Of a stretch of 64,000 nt of DNA, positions 35,954-47,143 are shown piece by piece. Position 1 is the stretch's first letter. Each line of letters starts with the position of its first letter. Below the pieces are notes generated by a model. The model saw only the letters and a list, made by a program, of their open reading frames with translations. It did no database searches and was not told the origin of the DNA. The position numbers and the translations under genes were made by a program. The stretch is from the NCBI GenBank assembly GCA_017520545.1, contig JAFXFM010000003.1, forward strand, positions 5,062 to 69,061. Direction: 5' to 3'. This DNA comes from Alistipes sp. (lineage in GTDB: Bacteria > Bacteroidota > Bacteroidia > Bacteroidales > Rikenellaceae).

Positions 35954-36709
35954 GTGGCGCAGAATTTAGATTTCATATCGGCAAAAGAGCTGTTTGGGGC
36001 AAAGAGCAAACTCGCAGAGCAGATAGTCGATGACACCATTTCGGGCATCGCGGCTCTGGGGGGTACCTACCAGATAGTAACCGCTCTTGCTGCTCTTGTC
36101 TTTATATTTATATTGGTGCGATATTTCGACCTCTTTATGCAATTGCTCGTATCGTCGTTCAGTAGTCAGAGTAGTAATTCGGATTTTCAACTCTACTCGC
36201 GCGAGGCGAAAAATATAGAACTCATCGTGAGTCTGGCGGGTACACTTCTGCTCGCACTGCTCATAATGCGATTGTCGGTGATGGATTGGGTTGCTCCGTA
36301 TTTGGAGATTGGTCCCGAGACATCATCTTGGGCAATCGGAGGCTTGACCTTTGCCGGCATTCTTGCCACAATGTTGGGAGAACGAATACTGCTCTATATT
36401 GCCGGTGTTTTGAGCAATCGTGCCGATGCGTGTACCACAATTTGGCACACAAAACTCCTCTATTTTAGTTTGGTTCTGGTGTTGATCGCACCAATGCTTG
36501 TTCTTGCCCTTTTGACCGAGGGCTTAGTGGCTAAAATAGCCCTTTGTATCTCTGTTGCAATATGTTCGCTATCGCTCATTTTGTTCTTAAAAGCGACTTT
36601 TTTGCTCTTTCGAACTCAAAGATTTTCAATTTTCCATTGGATTTTGTATCTTTGCGCCCTGGAAATCTTCCCTCTGTCGTTGCTACTTGCTCCGATAGCT
36701 CGTGGATAG
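35954..36709 (+). CDS. DUF4271-like membrane protein
   Basis: Multi-TM protein ending ILYLCALEIFP, located before hemD as in other Bacteroidetes. Confidence 0.75.
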   Translation: MAQNLDFISAKELFGAKSKLAEQIVDDTISGIAALGGTYQIVTALAALVFIFILVRYFDLFMQLLVSSFSSQSSNSDFQLYSREAKNIELIVSLAGTLLLALLIMRLSVMDWVAPYLEIGPETSSWAIGGLTFAGILATMLGERILLYIAGVLSNRADACTTIWHTKLLYFSLVLVLIAPMLVLALLTEGLVAKIALCISVAICSLSLILFLKATFLLFRTQRFSIFHWILYLCALEIFPLSLLLAPIARG

Positions 36710-36730
36710 AGTCCGAATAAGCGTGAAGAT

Positions 36731-37579
36731 ATGAGTAATAGCATAAATAAAATTCTTGTTGCACAACCGGCTCCTCCCATTGTAGAGAAGTCGCCTTTTT
36801 TTGAAGTATCGAAACGTCTTGGTGTCGAAATAGACTACAATCCGTTGATTAAAGTCATCGGTGTAACACCAAAGGAGTTTCGTAGTCAGCGCATCACCAT
36901 TCTCGACCATACGGCAGTTATTTTTACCTCGCGTACCACAATCGACAGCTTCTTCCATATCTGCGAAGATGCCCGCATCACCGTACCCGAAACGATGAAG
37001 TATATCTGCTCAACCGAGAGTATCGCACTCTACCTTCAAAAATATATCGTCTATCGCAAGCGAAAAATCTCGTTTGCCGATGGATCTTTTCAGGGGCTGA
37101 TTGAGCTCATTGTGAAGAACAAGACCGAGAAGTTCCTGCTCTCGCTCTCCGAGCCTCACAAACCCGAAATTCCGGAGGCTCTCGCACGCCTCAACATCAA
37201 CCATACGCCAATTATCTTGGCGCGTACGGTTGCTACCGACATCTCGGCAGAGAAGTTGAAGGAGTACGATATGGTGTTGCTCTATTCGCCGTGGGACGTG
37301 AAGAGTATCTGCGAGAAGTTGCCTGTTGAGGAGATGCCGACTATCGCAACATTTGGCGAGGGAACATTAAAACTCGCCGTTGAAAACGGCATACACGTCA
37401 AGGCAAATGCTCCGACCCCCATAGCACCATCTCTTGCCAAGGCCGTAGATCTCTATATCCAGAATGTTCGCAAGGGCAAGGAGGTTGAGGATGTTGCATT
37501 CGTTAATGACGAACGCAAAGAGGAGTTCCTACGCACACAGCAGAGTCGCCTCGCAAAGAAGAGTCGCGCAAAAAAATAG
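36731..37579 (+). CDS. hemD: Uroporphyrinogen-III synthase-like protein
   Basis: ILVAQPAP, DHTAVIFTSRTTID, ALYLQKYIVYRKRKI, APTPIAPS (Bacteroidetes HemD-like). Confidence 0.85.
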   Translation: MSNSINKILVAQPAPPIVEKSPFFEVSKRLGVEIDYNPLIKVIGVTPKEFRSQRITILDHTAVIFTSRTTIDSFFHICEDARITVPETMKYICSTESIALYLQKYIVYRKRKISFADGSFQGLIELIVKNKTEKFLLSLSEPHKPEIPEALARLNINHTPIILARTVATDISAEKLKEYDMVLLYSPWDVKSICEKLPVEEMPTIATFGEGTLKLAVENGIHVKANAPTPIAPSLAKAVDLYIQNVRKGKEVEDVAFVNDERKEEFLRTQQSRLAKKSRAKK

Positions 37580-37602
37580 TCGCGATAAATAAATACGCGG
37601 AG

Positions 37603-37971
37603 ATGGATAAAAGACTCCCAAAGTTGGAAAAGTTACGCTCCTTTGGAGCTATTCGTCGCCTCTTCACCGAGGGGCGGGGAGGATTTGTCTATCCGCTGCG
37701 ATATGTGGTCTATGCCGAGCACTCGGACAATGACGAGATGAGCGTCGAGGTGCTCTTCTCAACCCCCAAGAAATTTCTGAAACGCGCCAATAAACGCAAC
37801 AAGGTGCGCCGCCGTATGCGCGAGGCATATCGCCTGAACAAACACCTTCTTTACACGAGCGAAGACCCACGAATGTTGCACGTGGCGTTGATCTACTCCT
37901 CGAAGGAGGTTATAGACTTTAACACTATCGAAAATGCCACAAAGCGAATTTTGGAAAACCTTGCGAAATAG
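37603..37971 (+). CDS. rnpA: Ribonuclease P protein component
   Basis: [32 protein letters not shown] (RNR motif). Confidence 0.93.
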   Translation: MDKRLPKLEKLRSFGAIRRLFTEGRGGFVYPLRYVVYAEHSDNDEMSVEVLFSTPKKFLKRANKRNKVRRRMREAYRLNKHLLYTSEDPRMLHVALIYSSKEVIDFNTIENATKRILENLAK

Positions 37972-38194
37972 CTGTCGTCGCATTGTGGCACTTCCATTTG
38001 TCGGGCTTATCCGCTTCTACCAGAAGTGTATCTCGCCCCTCACTCCACCATCGTGCCGCTACACTCCCACCTGTTCTCAATACACCCTCGAGGCGATACG
38101 CAAATATGGCGTCATCAAGGGTTGTTGGCTTGGCGTAAAGCGCATCTCCCGCTGCCACCCGTGGGGAGGCTCTGGCTACGACCCGGTACCGTGA
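37934..38194 (+). CDS. yidD: Membrane protein insertion efficiency factor
   Basis: [32 protein letters not shown]. Confidence 0.96.
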   Translation: MPQSEFWKTLRNSCRRIVALPFVGLIRFYQKCISPLTPPSCRYTPTCSQYTLEAIRKYGVIKGCWLGVKRISRCHPWGGSGYDPVP

Positions 38195-38356
38195 TAAACG
38201 GAAAACTTTTTCATTTAGTGAGTAGTGAGTAGAGAGTAGTGAGTAGTTGTTAAACCCTAACGACTCTAATACTCCTAACGACTCTTAAAAAACTGCGCCG
38301 AAACAAGGTCCCACTAAAAAATCGGAATTTAAGCAGATGAGTGCAAGGCTCGTGAA

Positions 38357-38405
38357 AATCCCCGAGGCTGGGGAATACTTGGCGTATTTCCCTGTCTCGG
38401 GGATT
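38357..38405 (-). terminator. ppdK / yidD terminator hairpin
   Basis: ATCCCCGAG..GGGAATAC-TTGGC-GTATTTCCC..CTCGGGGAT. Confidence 0.7.
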
Positions 38406-38453
38406 GAGTATAACGCAGCAATCGCTGCTTAAAAACGATTTTTCAAGAAATTA

Positions 38454-41183
38454 CTATTTCTCTTTGAGCGCAGCGTGAGCAGCAGCCAAACGTGCGATAG
38501 GCACACGGAATGGCGAGCAGCTTACGTAGTTCAAACCTGCGTAGTGGCAGAACTCTACCGACGATGGCTCTCCTCCGTGCTCACCGCAGATACCACACTT
38601 CAAATCGAGACGAGTCGAACGTCCCTTCATAACTGCCTCACGTACCAACTGACCTACACCATTGCGGTCGAGAACCTTGAATGGATCCGCCTTGATGATG
38701 TTCTTGTCGAGGTATACAGGGAGGAACTTCGCGATATCATCACGCGAGAAGCCGAGAGTCATCTGTGTAAGGTCGTTTGTACCGAACGAGAAGAACTCTG
38801 CAACCTCTGCAATCTGGTTAGCGGTAACTGCCGCACGTGGAACCTCGATCATTGTACCTACGAGGTAGTCGATGCGATCGTTACGCTCTGTGAACACCTC
38901 GTTAGCAACGCGGTCGATAACGGCCTTCTGGTAGCGCAACTCCTTGTGGTTACCTACGAGTGGAACCATAATCTCAACCTTTACAGGTGTGCCCGCAGCC
39001 TTAACATTCATTGCAGCCTCGATAATTGCGCGTGCCTGCATCTCGGTAATCTCCGGATAGGTGTTACCAAGACGGCAACCACGATGACCGAGCATAGGAT
39101 TAACCTCGTGCAACGACTCTACCTTGGCTACTACCTTCTCGTATGGAATACCCATCTCTGCTGCCAACTCCTTCTGCTCCTTCTCTGTGTGAGGAACAAA
39201 CTCGTGCAATGGTGGGTCGAGCAAACGAACAATTACAGGATAGCCCTTCATAACCTTGAACAAGCCCTCGAAATCGCCACGCTGCATTGGAAGCAACTTA
39301 GCCAACGCAACACGACGACCATCCTCGTCGTCTGCCAAAATCATCTCGCGGATAGCCTTGATACGATCACCCTCGAAGAACATATGCTCTGTACGGCAAA
39401 GACCGATACCCTCTGCACCGAAACGGAATGCCTGCTCTGCATCACGTGGAGTATCAGCATTAGCGCGAACCTTCAACTTCGCATACTTGCCGGCCAACTC
39501 CATCAACTTACCGAAGTCGCCATCGAGAGCAGCCTCCTTAGTAGCAACCTGACCGAGGTAAACCTCTCCGGTAGAACCATTCAACGAAATCCAATCGCCC
39601 TCGTTGATAGTCAAGCCGTTGATCTTGATTGTACGAGCCTTGTAGTCGATATCCAACTCACCGGCACCCGATACGCAGCACTTACCCATACCACGAGCCA
39701 CAACGGCAGCGTGCGAGGTCATACCACCACGTGCGGTGAGGATACCTGCTGCATCGAGCATACCCTTCAAGTCCTCTGGCGAAGTCTCGATACGAACGAG
39801 AATTGCCTTCTGGCCGGTTGCTGCAAGAACCTTCTCGGCATCGTCAGCGAAGAACACTACCGGACCTGTTGCAGCACCCGGAGATGCAGGCAAGCCCTTA
39901 ACGATAACCTTTGCGTTCTTGATAGCAGCCTTGTCGAATACAGGGTGGAGCAACTCGTCGAGCTTCTCCGGCTCGCAGCGCAAAACTGCGGTCTGCTCGT
40001 CGATCAAGCCCTCTGCCAACATATCCATTGCAATCTTCACCATTGCGGCACCGGTACGCTTACCGTTACGGCACTGCAACATCCACAACTTACCGTCCTG
40101 AATGGTGAACTCGATATCCTGCATATCGGTGAAGTACTCCTCCAAGTGGTGCTGAATATCGTTCAACTCCTTGTAAACCTCAGGCATAACCTCCTCGAGC
40201 GAAGGATACTTCGATACACGATCCTCCTCCGAGATGTTCTGAGCCTTTGCCCAACGACGCGAGCCCTCAATGGTGATCTGCTGTGGTGTGCGGATACCAG
40301 CAACCACGTCCTCACCCTGAGCGTTAATCAAGTACTCACCGTTGAAGATGTTCTCACCGGTAGCAGCATCACGCGAGAAGGCAACACCGGTAGCCGAACT
40401 GTCGCCCATATTACCGAATACCATCGCCTGAACGTTTACGGCAGTACCCCACTCTGCTGGGATATTGTTCAACTTACGATAGAGGATAGCACGCTCGTTC
40501 ATCCACGATCCGAACACTGCGCAGATAGCACCCCAAAGCTGATCCCAAGGGTTTACTGGGAAGTCCGAACCGGTCTGCTCCTTAACGGCAGCCTTGAACT
40601 TGGTAACCAAAACCTTCAAATCGTCGGTTGTGAGGTCGGTGTCCATCTTAACACCACGCTCCTCCTTCAACTCCTCGATGATAACCTCGAATGGATCCTG
40701 ATCCTCCTTCGATACCGGCTTCATACCGAGAACAACATCACCGTACATCTGTACGAAACGACGGTACGAGTCCCAAGCGAAACGTGGGTTGCCCGAGAGC
40801 TGTGCAACAGCCTCAACAGCCTCGTCGTTCATACCGAGGTTGAGGATTGTATCCATCATACCCGGCATCGAAGCACGAGCACCCGAACGAACCGATACGA
40901 GGAGTGGCAACTCCTTGTCGCCGAACTTACGACCTGTAAGAGCCTCAACGCGCTTGATAGCCGCCTCAACATCCGGACGGAGCAACTCGATAACGGCTGC
41001 CTGACCGTGCTGATAGTACTCTGTACAAACATCGGTAGTGATGGTAAATCCCGGAGGAACCGGAATACCGATAAGGTTCATCTCGGCGAGGTTTGCACCC
41101 TTACCACCGAGCAACTCTCTCATCTTGCCATTTCCCTCGGCCTCTTTGTTACCGAAGAAATAGACGCGCTTTACATTTGTCAT
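38454..41183 (-). CDS. ppdK: Pyruvate, phosphate dikinase
   Basis: [70 protein letters not shown]. Confidence 0.98.
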   Translation of the reverse strand: MTNVKRVYFFGNKEAEGNGKMRELLGGKGANLAEMNLIGIPVPPGFTITTDVCTEYYQHGQAAVIELLRPDVEAAIKRVEALTGRKFGDKELPLLVSVRSGARASMPGMMDTILNLGMNDEAVEAVAQLSGNPRFAWDSYRRFVQMYGDVVLGMKPVSKEDQDPFEVIIEELKEERGVKMDTDLTTDDLKVLVTKFKAAVKEQTGSDFPVNPWDQLWGAICAVFGSWMNERAILYRKLNNIPAEWGTAVNVQAMVFGNMGDSSATGVAFSRDAATGENIFNGEYLINAQGEDVVAGIRTPQQITIEGSRRWAKAQNISEEDRVSKYPSLEEVMPEVYKELNDIQHHLEEYFTDMQDIEFTIQDGKLWMLQCRNGKRTGAAMVKIAMDMLAEGLIDEQTAVLRCEPEKLDELLHPVFDKAAIKNAKVIVKGLPASPGAATGPVVFFADDAEKVLAATGQKAILVRIETSPEDLKGMLDAAGILTARGGMTSHAAVVARGMGKCCVSGAGELDIDYKARTIKINGLTINEGDWISLNGSTGEVYLGQVATKEAALDGDFGKLMELAGKYAKLKVRANADTPRDAEQAFRFGAEGIGLCRTEHMFFEGDRIKAIREMILADDEDGRRVALAKLLPMQRGDFEGLFKVMKGYPVIVRLLDPPLHEFVPHTEKEQKELAAEMGIPYEKVVAKVESLHEVNPMLGHRGCRLGNTYPEITEMQARAIIEAAMNVKAAGTPVKVEIMVPLVGNHKELRYQKAVIDRVANEVFTERNDRIDYLVGTMIEVPRAAVTANQIAEVAEFFSFGTNDLTQMTLGFSRDDIAKFLPVYLDKNIIKADPFKVLDRNGVGQLVREAVMKGRSTRLDLKCGICGEHGGEPSSVEFCHYAGLNYVSCSPFRVPIARLAAAHAALKEK

Positions 41184-41763
41184 AGCAAAATTTTTTTAGT
41201 GATTATTATTTGAAAATAGAAATTATGTTCTCCCTTTCTTCCTACTTTTTCTTACCATTCTTTTCTTTCCAACTAACAAATTTAGTGTTTTTTTCTGCAA
41301 ATTCAAACAAATAAGGCATTTTTTGCAAAAAACACACCGTATTAGAGCGCAAAGATAGTAATTTTTTGCAAAAAAAGAGAGAATAAAAAGGGGGCAAAAT
41401 GGCAGACAGAGAATTTAGGGGGAGTCCAACCGTAGTCGGGTAATTTCTCAAATTTAAATTTTGGTTACACATTTTAACAACTATCGGGGTGATAACTTAC
41501 AATCTGTAAGGATATTTATGCAATTGACTACAAATGGGCTAAAAATCACCTCTAAAACCTATTTAAACACACAATTTACCGATTATAATTTATTTGAAAA
41601 AGTTTGTCGTTTCAAAAAAACTTTCATAAATTTGCATTCGGCAAACGGAAAACACAACCATTTTTTGCTTGATTAGTTCGAGCAAAACACCAAAAAGCAC
41701 CAAATAGAATGTATATTTTTTAGATAATAGTTTTTTATGTTAAATTTTTAAATTTTTACTACA

Positions 41764-42906
41764 ATGAAAAAGTTTTTCACATTAGCACTTTTGGCAGCCG
41801 TTGCATTTGTTGGCTGTAATCCGGACACCCCTAATGAGGGCGCAAAACCTATTGAGCCTTGTGCCGAGCACGATGTAGATTACGTTCTCAACGAGGTTTC
41901 GGGCCTCTATTACGGTAACCAATTTAGTGCATCTGAAGATGTTTTCGACTACGGTCTTGTTTTGTCGAATCAGCCGGATGTTTACGACCTTATGTCGGGA
42001 TCCGTTACTATTCTTCCAAACTCACAGTACCTCTTCCTCGACCTCTATTCGACTGTTGCATCACCTAATTTCAGCGCCACTTTCAAGGTGCCTAATGGCG
42101 TGTACAACCTGGATGTAGAGTGTAGTACTGCTGCAAACACGGCAAACTACGAATACACCAACTTATATGTTACAAACGAAACAGAGGGTGTTGAGACATT
42201 CTTCAAGAGTGGTACTGTAACCGTAACAGATGACCTTATCGAGGTTCTCCTCGTGGGCGAGGACGACAAGACCTACCACATTAAGGCTCCTAACAAACTC
42301 GTTGACAACACCAAAACTTGGGGCAACGGTCAGATGACCGGCGAGTTCTCTACATTGACCGCGGACTTGCAGGTTCCATTCGCAGATGCAGAGGCAAACG
42401 AGTTTTATGCTGAGTATTGGAGCGACTATCTCTGCGTAGGCAAGAATTTGTGGCTCGTATATGTTGACGATTACGCTACAGGCGATGAGTTTTTGTTTAT
42501 GTTGCTTGCCGACGCATCGAAACCTGCACCTGTTGGAACATTCCCTATATCGGGAGATGTTAGCAAGGAGATTGCTTTGACCGGCTATGTCGATAGCGAG
42601 GGAAACTCCCAGGGCAGTTGGTGGTTTAAGTTAGATGAGAATTATGAGGTTATCGGTTTGGCGCCATTGAAGTCGGGTTCAATCTCTATCTCTGCTGACG
42701 AAGAGGGTGTTCTTACTGCTCAAATCGACACCAAGGACGATAAGGGTAACTCTCTCTCGGGAACTTGTGTAACAGCAAATGTTTATGTTGATGACCCATA
42801 CGCATTATCGACATTCTCGGCAGTTCCGAAGATGGTAAAGCGCGGCCACAAAGTTTCGTTGGCTCCACGCGCAAAGGTTAAGCCTACAATGGTTTTGAAG
42901 AAGTAA
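41764..42906 (+). CDS. Acidic surface lipoprotein with two copies of an unnamed beta-domain and a basic tail
   Basis: Lipobox FVG-C; second domain aligns with the 42991 and 9936 proteins. Confidence 0.8.
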   Translation: MKKFFTLALLAAVAFVGCNPDTPNEGAKPIEPCAEHDVDYVLNEVSGLYYGNQFSASEDVFDYGLVLSNQPDVYDLMSGSVTILPNSQYLFLDLYSTVASPNFSATFKVPNGVYNLDVECSTAANTANYEYTNLYVTNETEGVETFFKSGTVTVTDDLIEVLLVGEDDKTYHIKAPNKLVDNTKTWGNGQMTGEFSTLTADLQVPFADAEANEFYAEYWSDYLCVGKNLWLVYVDDYATGDEFLFMLLADASKPAPVGTFPISGDVSKEIALTGYVDSEGNSQGSWWFKLDENYEVIGLAPLKSGSISISADEEGVLTAQIDTKDDKGNSLSGTCVTANVYVDDPYALSTFSAVPKMVKRGHKVSLAPRAKVKPTMVLKK

Positions 42907-42938
42907 AATACGGTTTTTGATTTTACAATAATTTATGC

Positions 42939-42970
42939 GAAGGCAGGTAGCGAGAGTTGCCTGCCTTTTT
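42939..42970 (+). terminator. Terminator between the two lipoprotein genes
   Basis: AAGGCAGGTAGC-GAGA-GTTGCCTGCCTT then TTT. Confidence 0.7.
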
Positions 42971-42990
42971 CAGCGGAGAACAAACGATTT

Positions 42991-43554
42991 ATGAAGCGAT
43001 TACTACTTGTACTTTGTACTGTGGTTGCGATGTGTTCGTGCGAATCACACAACACCAATGGAGAGGGAAATGAGCCACAACGCCCCGAAAACGCACTCTC
43101 AACCCTTACCGAGGATTTGACATTGGGTTTTGGAGATGATACATCGCTCGTATATGCCGACTGCTTTGGCGACTACTACGACACAGGGCTGTATATGTGG
43201 CAATTCTACTTTATGGAGTTCGAAAAGAAAGAGCAACTCTGTATTGAGGTTATGGTGTCGTCTTCCGAATGTGTAGTGCCAACCGGAACATTTACCGCTA
43301 CGAGCAACATATTTCAGGCAGGCGGAATGTTGCGAGGTATAGTTGATGAAGATAACTACGATGCCTATTCGTGGTACACTCGCTTTGCCACACCAAACAT
43401 AGCGGCTGCAAAGGCCCCGATAGTGGAGGGCTCGATGACAATAACCGCCAACAACGATGGCACACACACCGCAACATTCAATCTGTTTGACGATGCCCAC
43501 AACAAGATAACGGGGCGGTGTACGAATATGATGATTGTCGAAGATTTCAGATGA
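42991..43554 (+). CDS. Single-domain lipoprotein paralogous to 41764-42906
   Basis: Lipobox MCS-C; STLTEDL, FGDYY, PTGTF, YSWY, GSMTI..NDG, DDAHNKITG. Confidence 0.8.
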   Translation: MKRLLLVLCTVVAMCSCESHNTNGEGNEPQRPENALSTLTEDLTLGFGDDTSLVYADCFGDYYDTGLYMWQFYFMEFEKKEQLCIEVMVSSSECVVPTGTFTATSNIFQAGGMLRGIVDEDNYDAYSWYTRFATPNIAAAKAPIVEGSMTITANNDGTHTATFNLFDDAHNKITGRCTNMMIVEDFR

Positions 43555-43703
43555 TGTCGCAAAAAATAAAAAAACAGAGCGTTACTCGCAGTGGTGATTC
43601 TCTGTTTTTTCTCTGTTATTGGCTACAATTATCGAAACATTTTACTATCTTTGCATAGAAAAACAGTTGAAACCAACATTTTTTATTAAAAAACTAAACA
43701 TTT

Positions 43704-45605
43704 ATGAAAAACTTCAAATTTATTTTGGTTGCCGTTGTTGCAATGCTCTTTTCGGTAGCAACAACCGAGGCAAAGGAGAAGCAGCCGATGTTGGTGTTAC
43801 CATCGGTTGTGGGTAGCAATATGGTGCTTCAGCACTCGACTACCGTAAACATTTGGGGTTGGGCAAAGCCAAAGGGTACCGTAAAGATCAAACCAAGCTG
43901 GCTCAACTCGAAGAAGCCTATAAAGGTTAAGGCTAATGAAGAGGGTTTCTGGATTTTGCCTATTGAAACCCCGGCTGCGGGCTACGATGCTCACACAATC
44001 ACCATCTCACACAAGAAAGAGGTTAAGGTTTTGGAGAACGTCGTATTCGGCGAGGTTTGGCTCTGCTCGGGTCAGTCGAATATGGAGTGGCCTGTTCGCA
44101 AAACCCCTGATATGAGGGGTGAGTTGAAGGGTGAATTGAACAAGAACATTCGCCTCTATTGCACAGGTCGTACCTTCACTGCGGAGCCACAGAAAGATGT
44201 TCCAACTCAGAAGAAGTTTACTCCAAAATGGTCGGTTTGCAACGCCCGCGATTTGAAGGGATTCTCGGCTGTTGGTTATGGCTTCGGTAAGGAGTTGCAG
44301 GAGGCGCTGAATGTGCCTATCGGCCTTATCGACGCATCGTATGGTGGCACCCCTATCGAGGGTTGGTTGAGCGCAGAGTACCTCACAAACAATCCAAAGG
44401 TTGCTGCACAGGCGAAGAAGTTGCGCCACAAAAACTGGAAGAAACGTATTTCGTACCTCCACAACGCAAACATCTATCCTATTCGCCACACCACCATCGC
44501 AGGTGTTATCTGGTATCAGGGTTGCTCGAATGTTTCGAGTTGCGGTACTTACCAGAACCTCTTGACCCACCTCGTAAAGTCGTGGCGTGAGGAGTTCCGC
44601 TCACCGGAGATGCCATTCTATATCGTTGAGATTGCTCCGCACACCTACGGAGGTATCAATGGTGCTCGTATTCGTGAGGCACAGGCTCGCGTAGCAGCTC
44701 GAACAAAGAACTGCGAAATTGTTATCACCAACGACCAGAATCAGATTCCTGGCGACATTCACCCTCCAAAGAAGGTTGATGTTGCTCACCGTTTGGCACA
44801 GTGCGCACTTGGTGGCTACTACAAGGTATCGAAGGCTCCATTCCGTTCGCCGGCATACCGTTCAATTGCTATCGAGGGACACTCTATCCGCGTACACTTC
44901 AAGAACGTTCCTACAACTCTCGTACAAAAGGGCGAGGGCCGTATCAACGGCTTCCAGCTCGGCGTTAAAGACCCTGATAATGAGAAGAAGTTGATTTTCC
45001 ACTTGGCAGAGGCTCAGATCGATGGCAAAACCATCGTGGTTTCGGCTGAGGGCGTTGAGAATCCGGTTGCAGTTCGCTACTGCTTCAACGAGGATATGGG
45101 TAACGTTGCTTCGGCAGAGGGTCTTCCACTCGGAGCATTCCGTAGCGACAAGAACAACCGTTCGTTGAGCGCACGTCCATACGTAGAGAAGCCATCGGAG
45201 ATTGCTATTCAGTTCGAGGGCGAGGGCTATGAGAGAAGCACCTTCACAGAGGGCGCACAACTTTGGCCTAACCACACTTACGTTATGAGTGCCGAGTATC
45301 CAAAGGAGTTCGAGGGCTTCCAGATGATGGTTCCAACCCCTGTTGGCAAGGGTGAGATGAGTGCAGGTGGTCGCATTACCGCTTTGGCTGATGGTAAAAT
45401 TTACCTTCTCACTTCGAACAATGGCGCTACTCGCAAGGCACCTTGGAAGTTGCTCACTTCGTGCTACACCCGTTGCGCACAGAACGGCAAGTTGAAGGGA
45501 ACGTTCTACATCGTAGAGCGTAAGGTTGAGGCTGGCGAGACAATCGAGTTGCCTAAGTTCAAGAACGCTTGGGGAACAATCGTTCTCGCAAAGAGCATCG
45601 AGTAA
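43704..45605 (+). CDS. Sialate O-acetylesterase (SASA/SGNH) with C-terminal extension
   Basis: GEVWLCSGQSNMEW, GGTPIEGW, GVIWYQG, DIHP, VAVRY. Confidence 0.9.
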   Translation: MKNFKFILVAVVAMLFSVATTEAKEKQPMLVLPSVVGSNMVLQHSTTVNIWGWAKPKGTVKIKPSWLNSKKPIKVKANEEGFWILPIETPAAGYDAHTITISHKKEVKVLENVVFGEVWLCSGQSNMEWPVRKTPDMRGELKGELNKNIRLYCTGRTFTAEPQKDVPTQKKFTPKWSVCNARDLKGFSAVGYGFGKELQEALNVPIGLIDASYGGTPIEGWLSAEYLTNNPKVAAQAKKLRHKNWKKRISYLHNANIYPIRHTTIAGVIWYQGCSNVSSCGTYQNLLTHLVKSWREEFRSPEMPFYIVEIAPHTYGGINGARIREAQARVAARTKNCEIVITNDQNQIPGDIHPPKKVDVAHRLAQCALGGYYKVSKAPFRSPAYRSIAIEGHSIRVHFKNVPTTLVQKGEGRINGFQLGVKDPDNEKKLIFHLAEAQIDGKTIVVSAEGVENPVAVRYCFNEDMGNVASAEGLPLGAFRSDKNNRSLSARPYVEKPSEIAIQFEGEGYERSTFTEGAQLWPNHTYVMSAEYPKEFEGFQMMVPTPVGKGEMSAGGRITALADGKIYLLTSNNGATRKAPWKLLTSCYTRCAQNGKLKGTFYIVERKVEAGETIELPKFKNAWGTIVLAKSIE

Positions 45606-45624
45606 TCTGCTCGACAATCATTTT

Positions 45625-45664
45625 GAGTGGTGCTGCCCCTTTTGGGACAGTACCCTCTTTTTTT
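45625..45664 (+). terminator. Terminator of the esterase gene
   Basis: GAGTGGTGCTGCCCC-TTTT-GGGACAGTACCCTC then T-run. Confidence 0.65.
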
Positions 45665-45715
45665 GTGGGGGGGGGCTACCAACTGCGAACTCCGACGCTT
45701 TTCACGGCGCAACGG

Positions 45716-45799
45716 TTACTGGGGGTTCTGGGGGCGCACCTTCGGTGCTTACTAGGGGTTCTGGGGGCGCACCTTCGGTGCTTACTAGGGGTTCTGGGG
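45716..45799. repeat. 33-bp G-rich tandem repeat, 2.5 copies
   Basis: TTACT(A/G)GGGGTTCTGGGGGCGCACCTTCGGTGC starting at 45716, 45749, 45782. Confidence 0.9.
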
Positions 45800-45869
45800 T
45801 GCGCCGGGGTAATTTTCCATTTTGCATTCTGCATTTTGCATTTCTCTCGTCGCTCGGCTAAATTCAAAA

Positions 45870-46020
45870 GTTTTCCGCTTTAATCCTGCTCCGCAGGCTT
45901 TTCCTCCTTCGCACCTCGGCAAAGTGTGCAAGCACACTCTGCTCTCGGTTTGTCGTCGGGTCCGCTTTCCGCTCCAACCGAAAAACAAAAGTTTTCCGCT
46001 TTCCGCTTTCCGTTTTCCGT
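45870..46020 (+). repeat. ~145-bp dispersed palindromic (REP/MITE-like) element, copy 1
   Basis: Near-identical reverse complement at 58481-58628; internal hairpins CCTGC/GCAGG and GCAAAGTGTGC-AA-GCACACTCTGC; bounded by TTTTCCG repeats. Confidence 0.9.
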
Positions 46021-46101
46021 TTCTTTTTGTAACTTTGTGGCGTATTGTATCCCTAATGGGATAACTTGGCTGAAAATTAGAAATAAAAAGATAAAAACTC
46101 T

Positions 46102-47142
46102 ATGAACGAAAAAATTATTGCTCTTGCACAGGCGGTCGAGGCGTTTGCCCCAACATCGTTGGCGGAGATTGAGGAGTTCCGAATCAGAATGGTCGGAAAA
46201 AAGGGCGAAATGACCGCCCTTATGGAGGAGTTTAAGAGCGTTGCTCCAGAGCAGAAACGCGAGTTTGGACAGAAGCTTAATGCCCTTAAAAACTCTATTC
46301 TTGCGAAAATCAACGAGCAAAAGGAACTTCTCGAAAATCAGGTTGCCGCCGCTCCGCAGATTGATGATATGTCGCGTCCGGGTTCGGCAGAGCAACTCGG
46401 CTCTCGCCACCCTATTTCGCTGGTTAAGCAGGAGATTATCGATATCTTCTCGCGCCTTGGCTACACCGTGGCTGACGGACCCGAAATCGAGGACGACAAC
46501 CACGTATTCTCGCGCTTGAACTTCCCAATGGAGCACCCTGCTCGCGATATGCAGGACACATTCTTCGTTGAGAAGGCGGGCTCGGAGCCTTCGGCAGATG
46601 ATGTATTGTTGCGCACCCACACCTCGTCAATTCAGGTGCGTACGATGCAGCAGCAACAGCCCCCTATTCGCGTAATCTGCCCGGGTAGAGTGTTCCGCAA
46701 CGAGGCTATTTCGTACCGCGCACACTGCATCTTCCACCAAGTGGAGGGACTCTATATCGACAAGAATGTTTCGTTTGCCGATATGAAGCAGTCTTTACTC
46801 TACTTCTCGAAGGAACTCTTTGGCGAAAAGACGCAAATTCGTATGCGCCCATCATACTTCCCATTCACCGAGCCTTCGGCCGAGTTGGACGTATCGTGCA
46901 ACCTCTGCGGTGGCAAGGGTTGTCCTGTATGCAAGGGCACCGGTTGGTTGGAGATTATGGGTTGCGGAATGGTAGATCCAAATGTATTGGAGGCCAACGG
47001 CATCGACTCAAAGGAGTATTCGGGTTTCGCCTTTGGTATGGGAGTTGAGCGTATTGCTATGTTGAAGTTTGGCGTGAAGGACTTGCGCCTCTACTTCGAA
47101 AACGACGTTCGTTTCCTCCACCAGTTTGACTCGGTTTTGTAA
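46102..47142 (+). CDS. pheS: Phenylalanine--tRNA ligase alpha subunit
   Basis: HPARDMQDTF, LLRTHTS, FHQVEG, RPSYFPFTEPS, GFAFGMGVERIAML; -7 element TAACTTTG at 46030. Confidence 0.98.
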   Translation: MNEKIIALAQAVEAFAPTSLAEIEEFRIRMVGKKGEMTALMEEFKSVAPEQKREFGQKLNALKNSILAKINEQKELLENQVAAAPQIDDMSRPGSAEQLGSRHPISLVKQEIIDIFSRLGYTVADGPEIEDDNHVFSRLNFPMEHPARDMQDTFFVEKAGSEPSADDVLLRTHTSSIQVRTMQQQQPPIRVICPGRVFRNEAISYRAHCIFHQVEGLYIDKNVSFADMKQSLLYFSKELFGEKTQIRMRPSYFPFTEPSAELDVSCNLCGGKGCPVCKGTGWLEIMGCGMVDPNVLEANGIDSKEYSGFAFGMGVERIAMLKFGVKDLRLYFENDVRFLHQFDSVL

Positions 47143-47143
47143 G

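Noticed and set aside
38831-38846. parS-like half site inside ppdK
   Set aside because: Only the right half matches and it lies in coding sequence.
38475-41213. 912-aa ORF antisense to ppdK
   Set aside because: Exact shadow frame of a highly expressed gene whose codons avoid TTA/CTA/TCA (Ser is mostly TCG). No recognisable motifs.
45716-45799. CRISPR interpretation of the 33-bp repeat
   Set aside because: Units are directly adjacent with no spacers.
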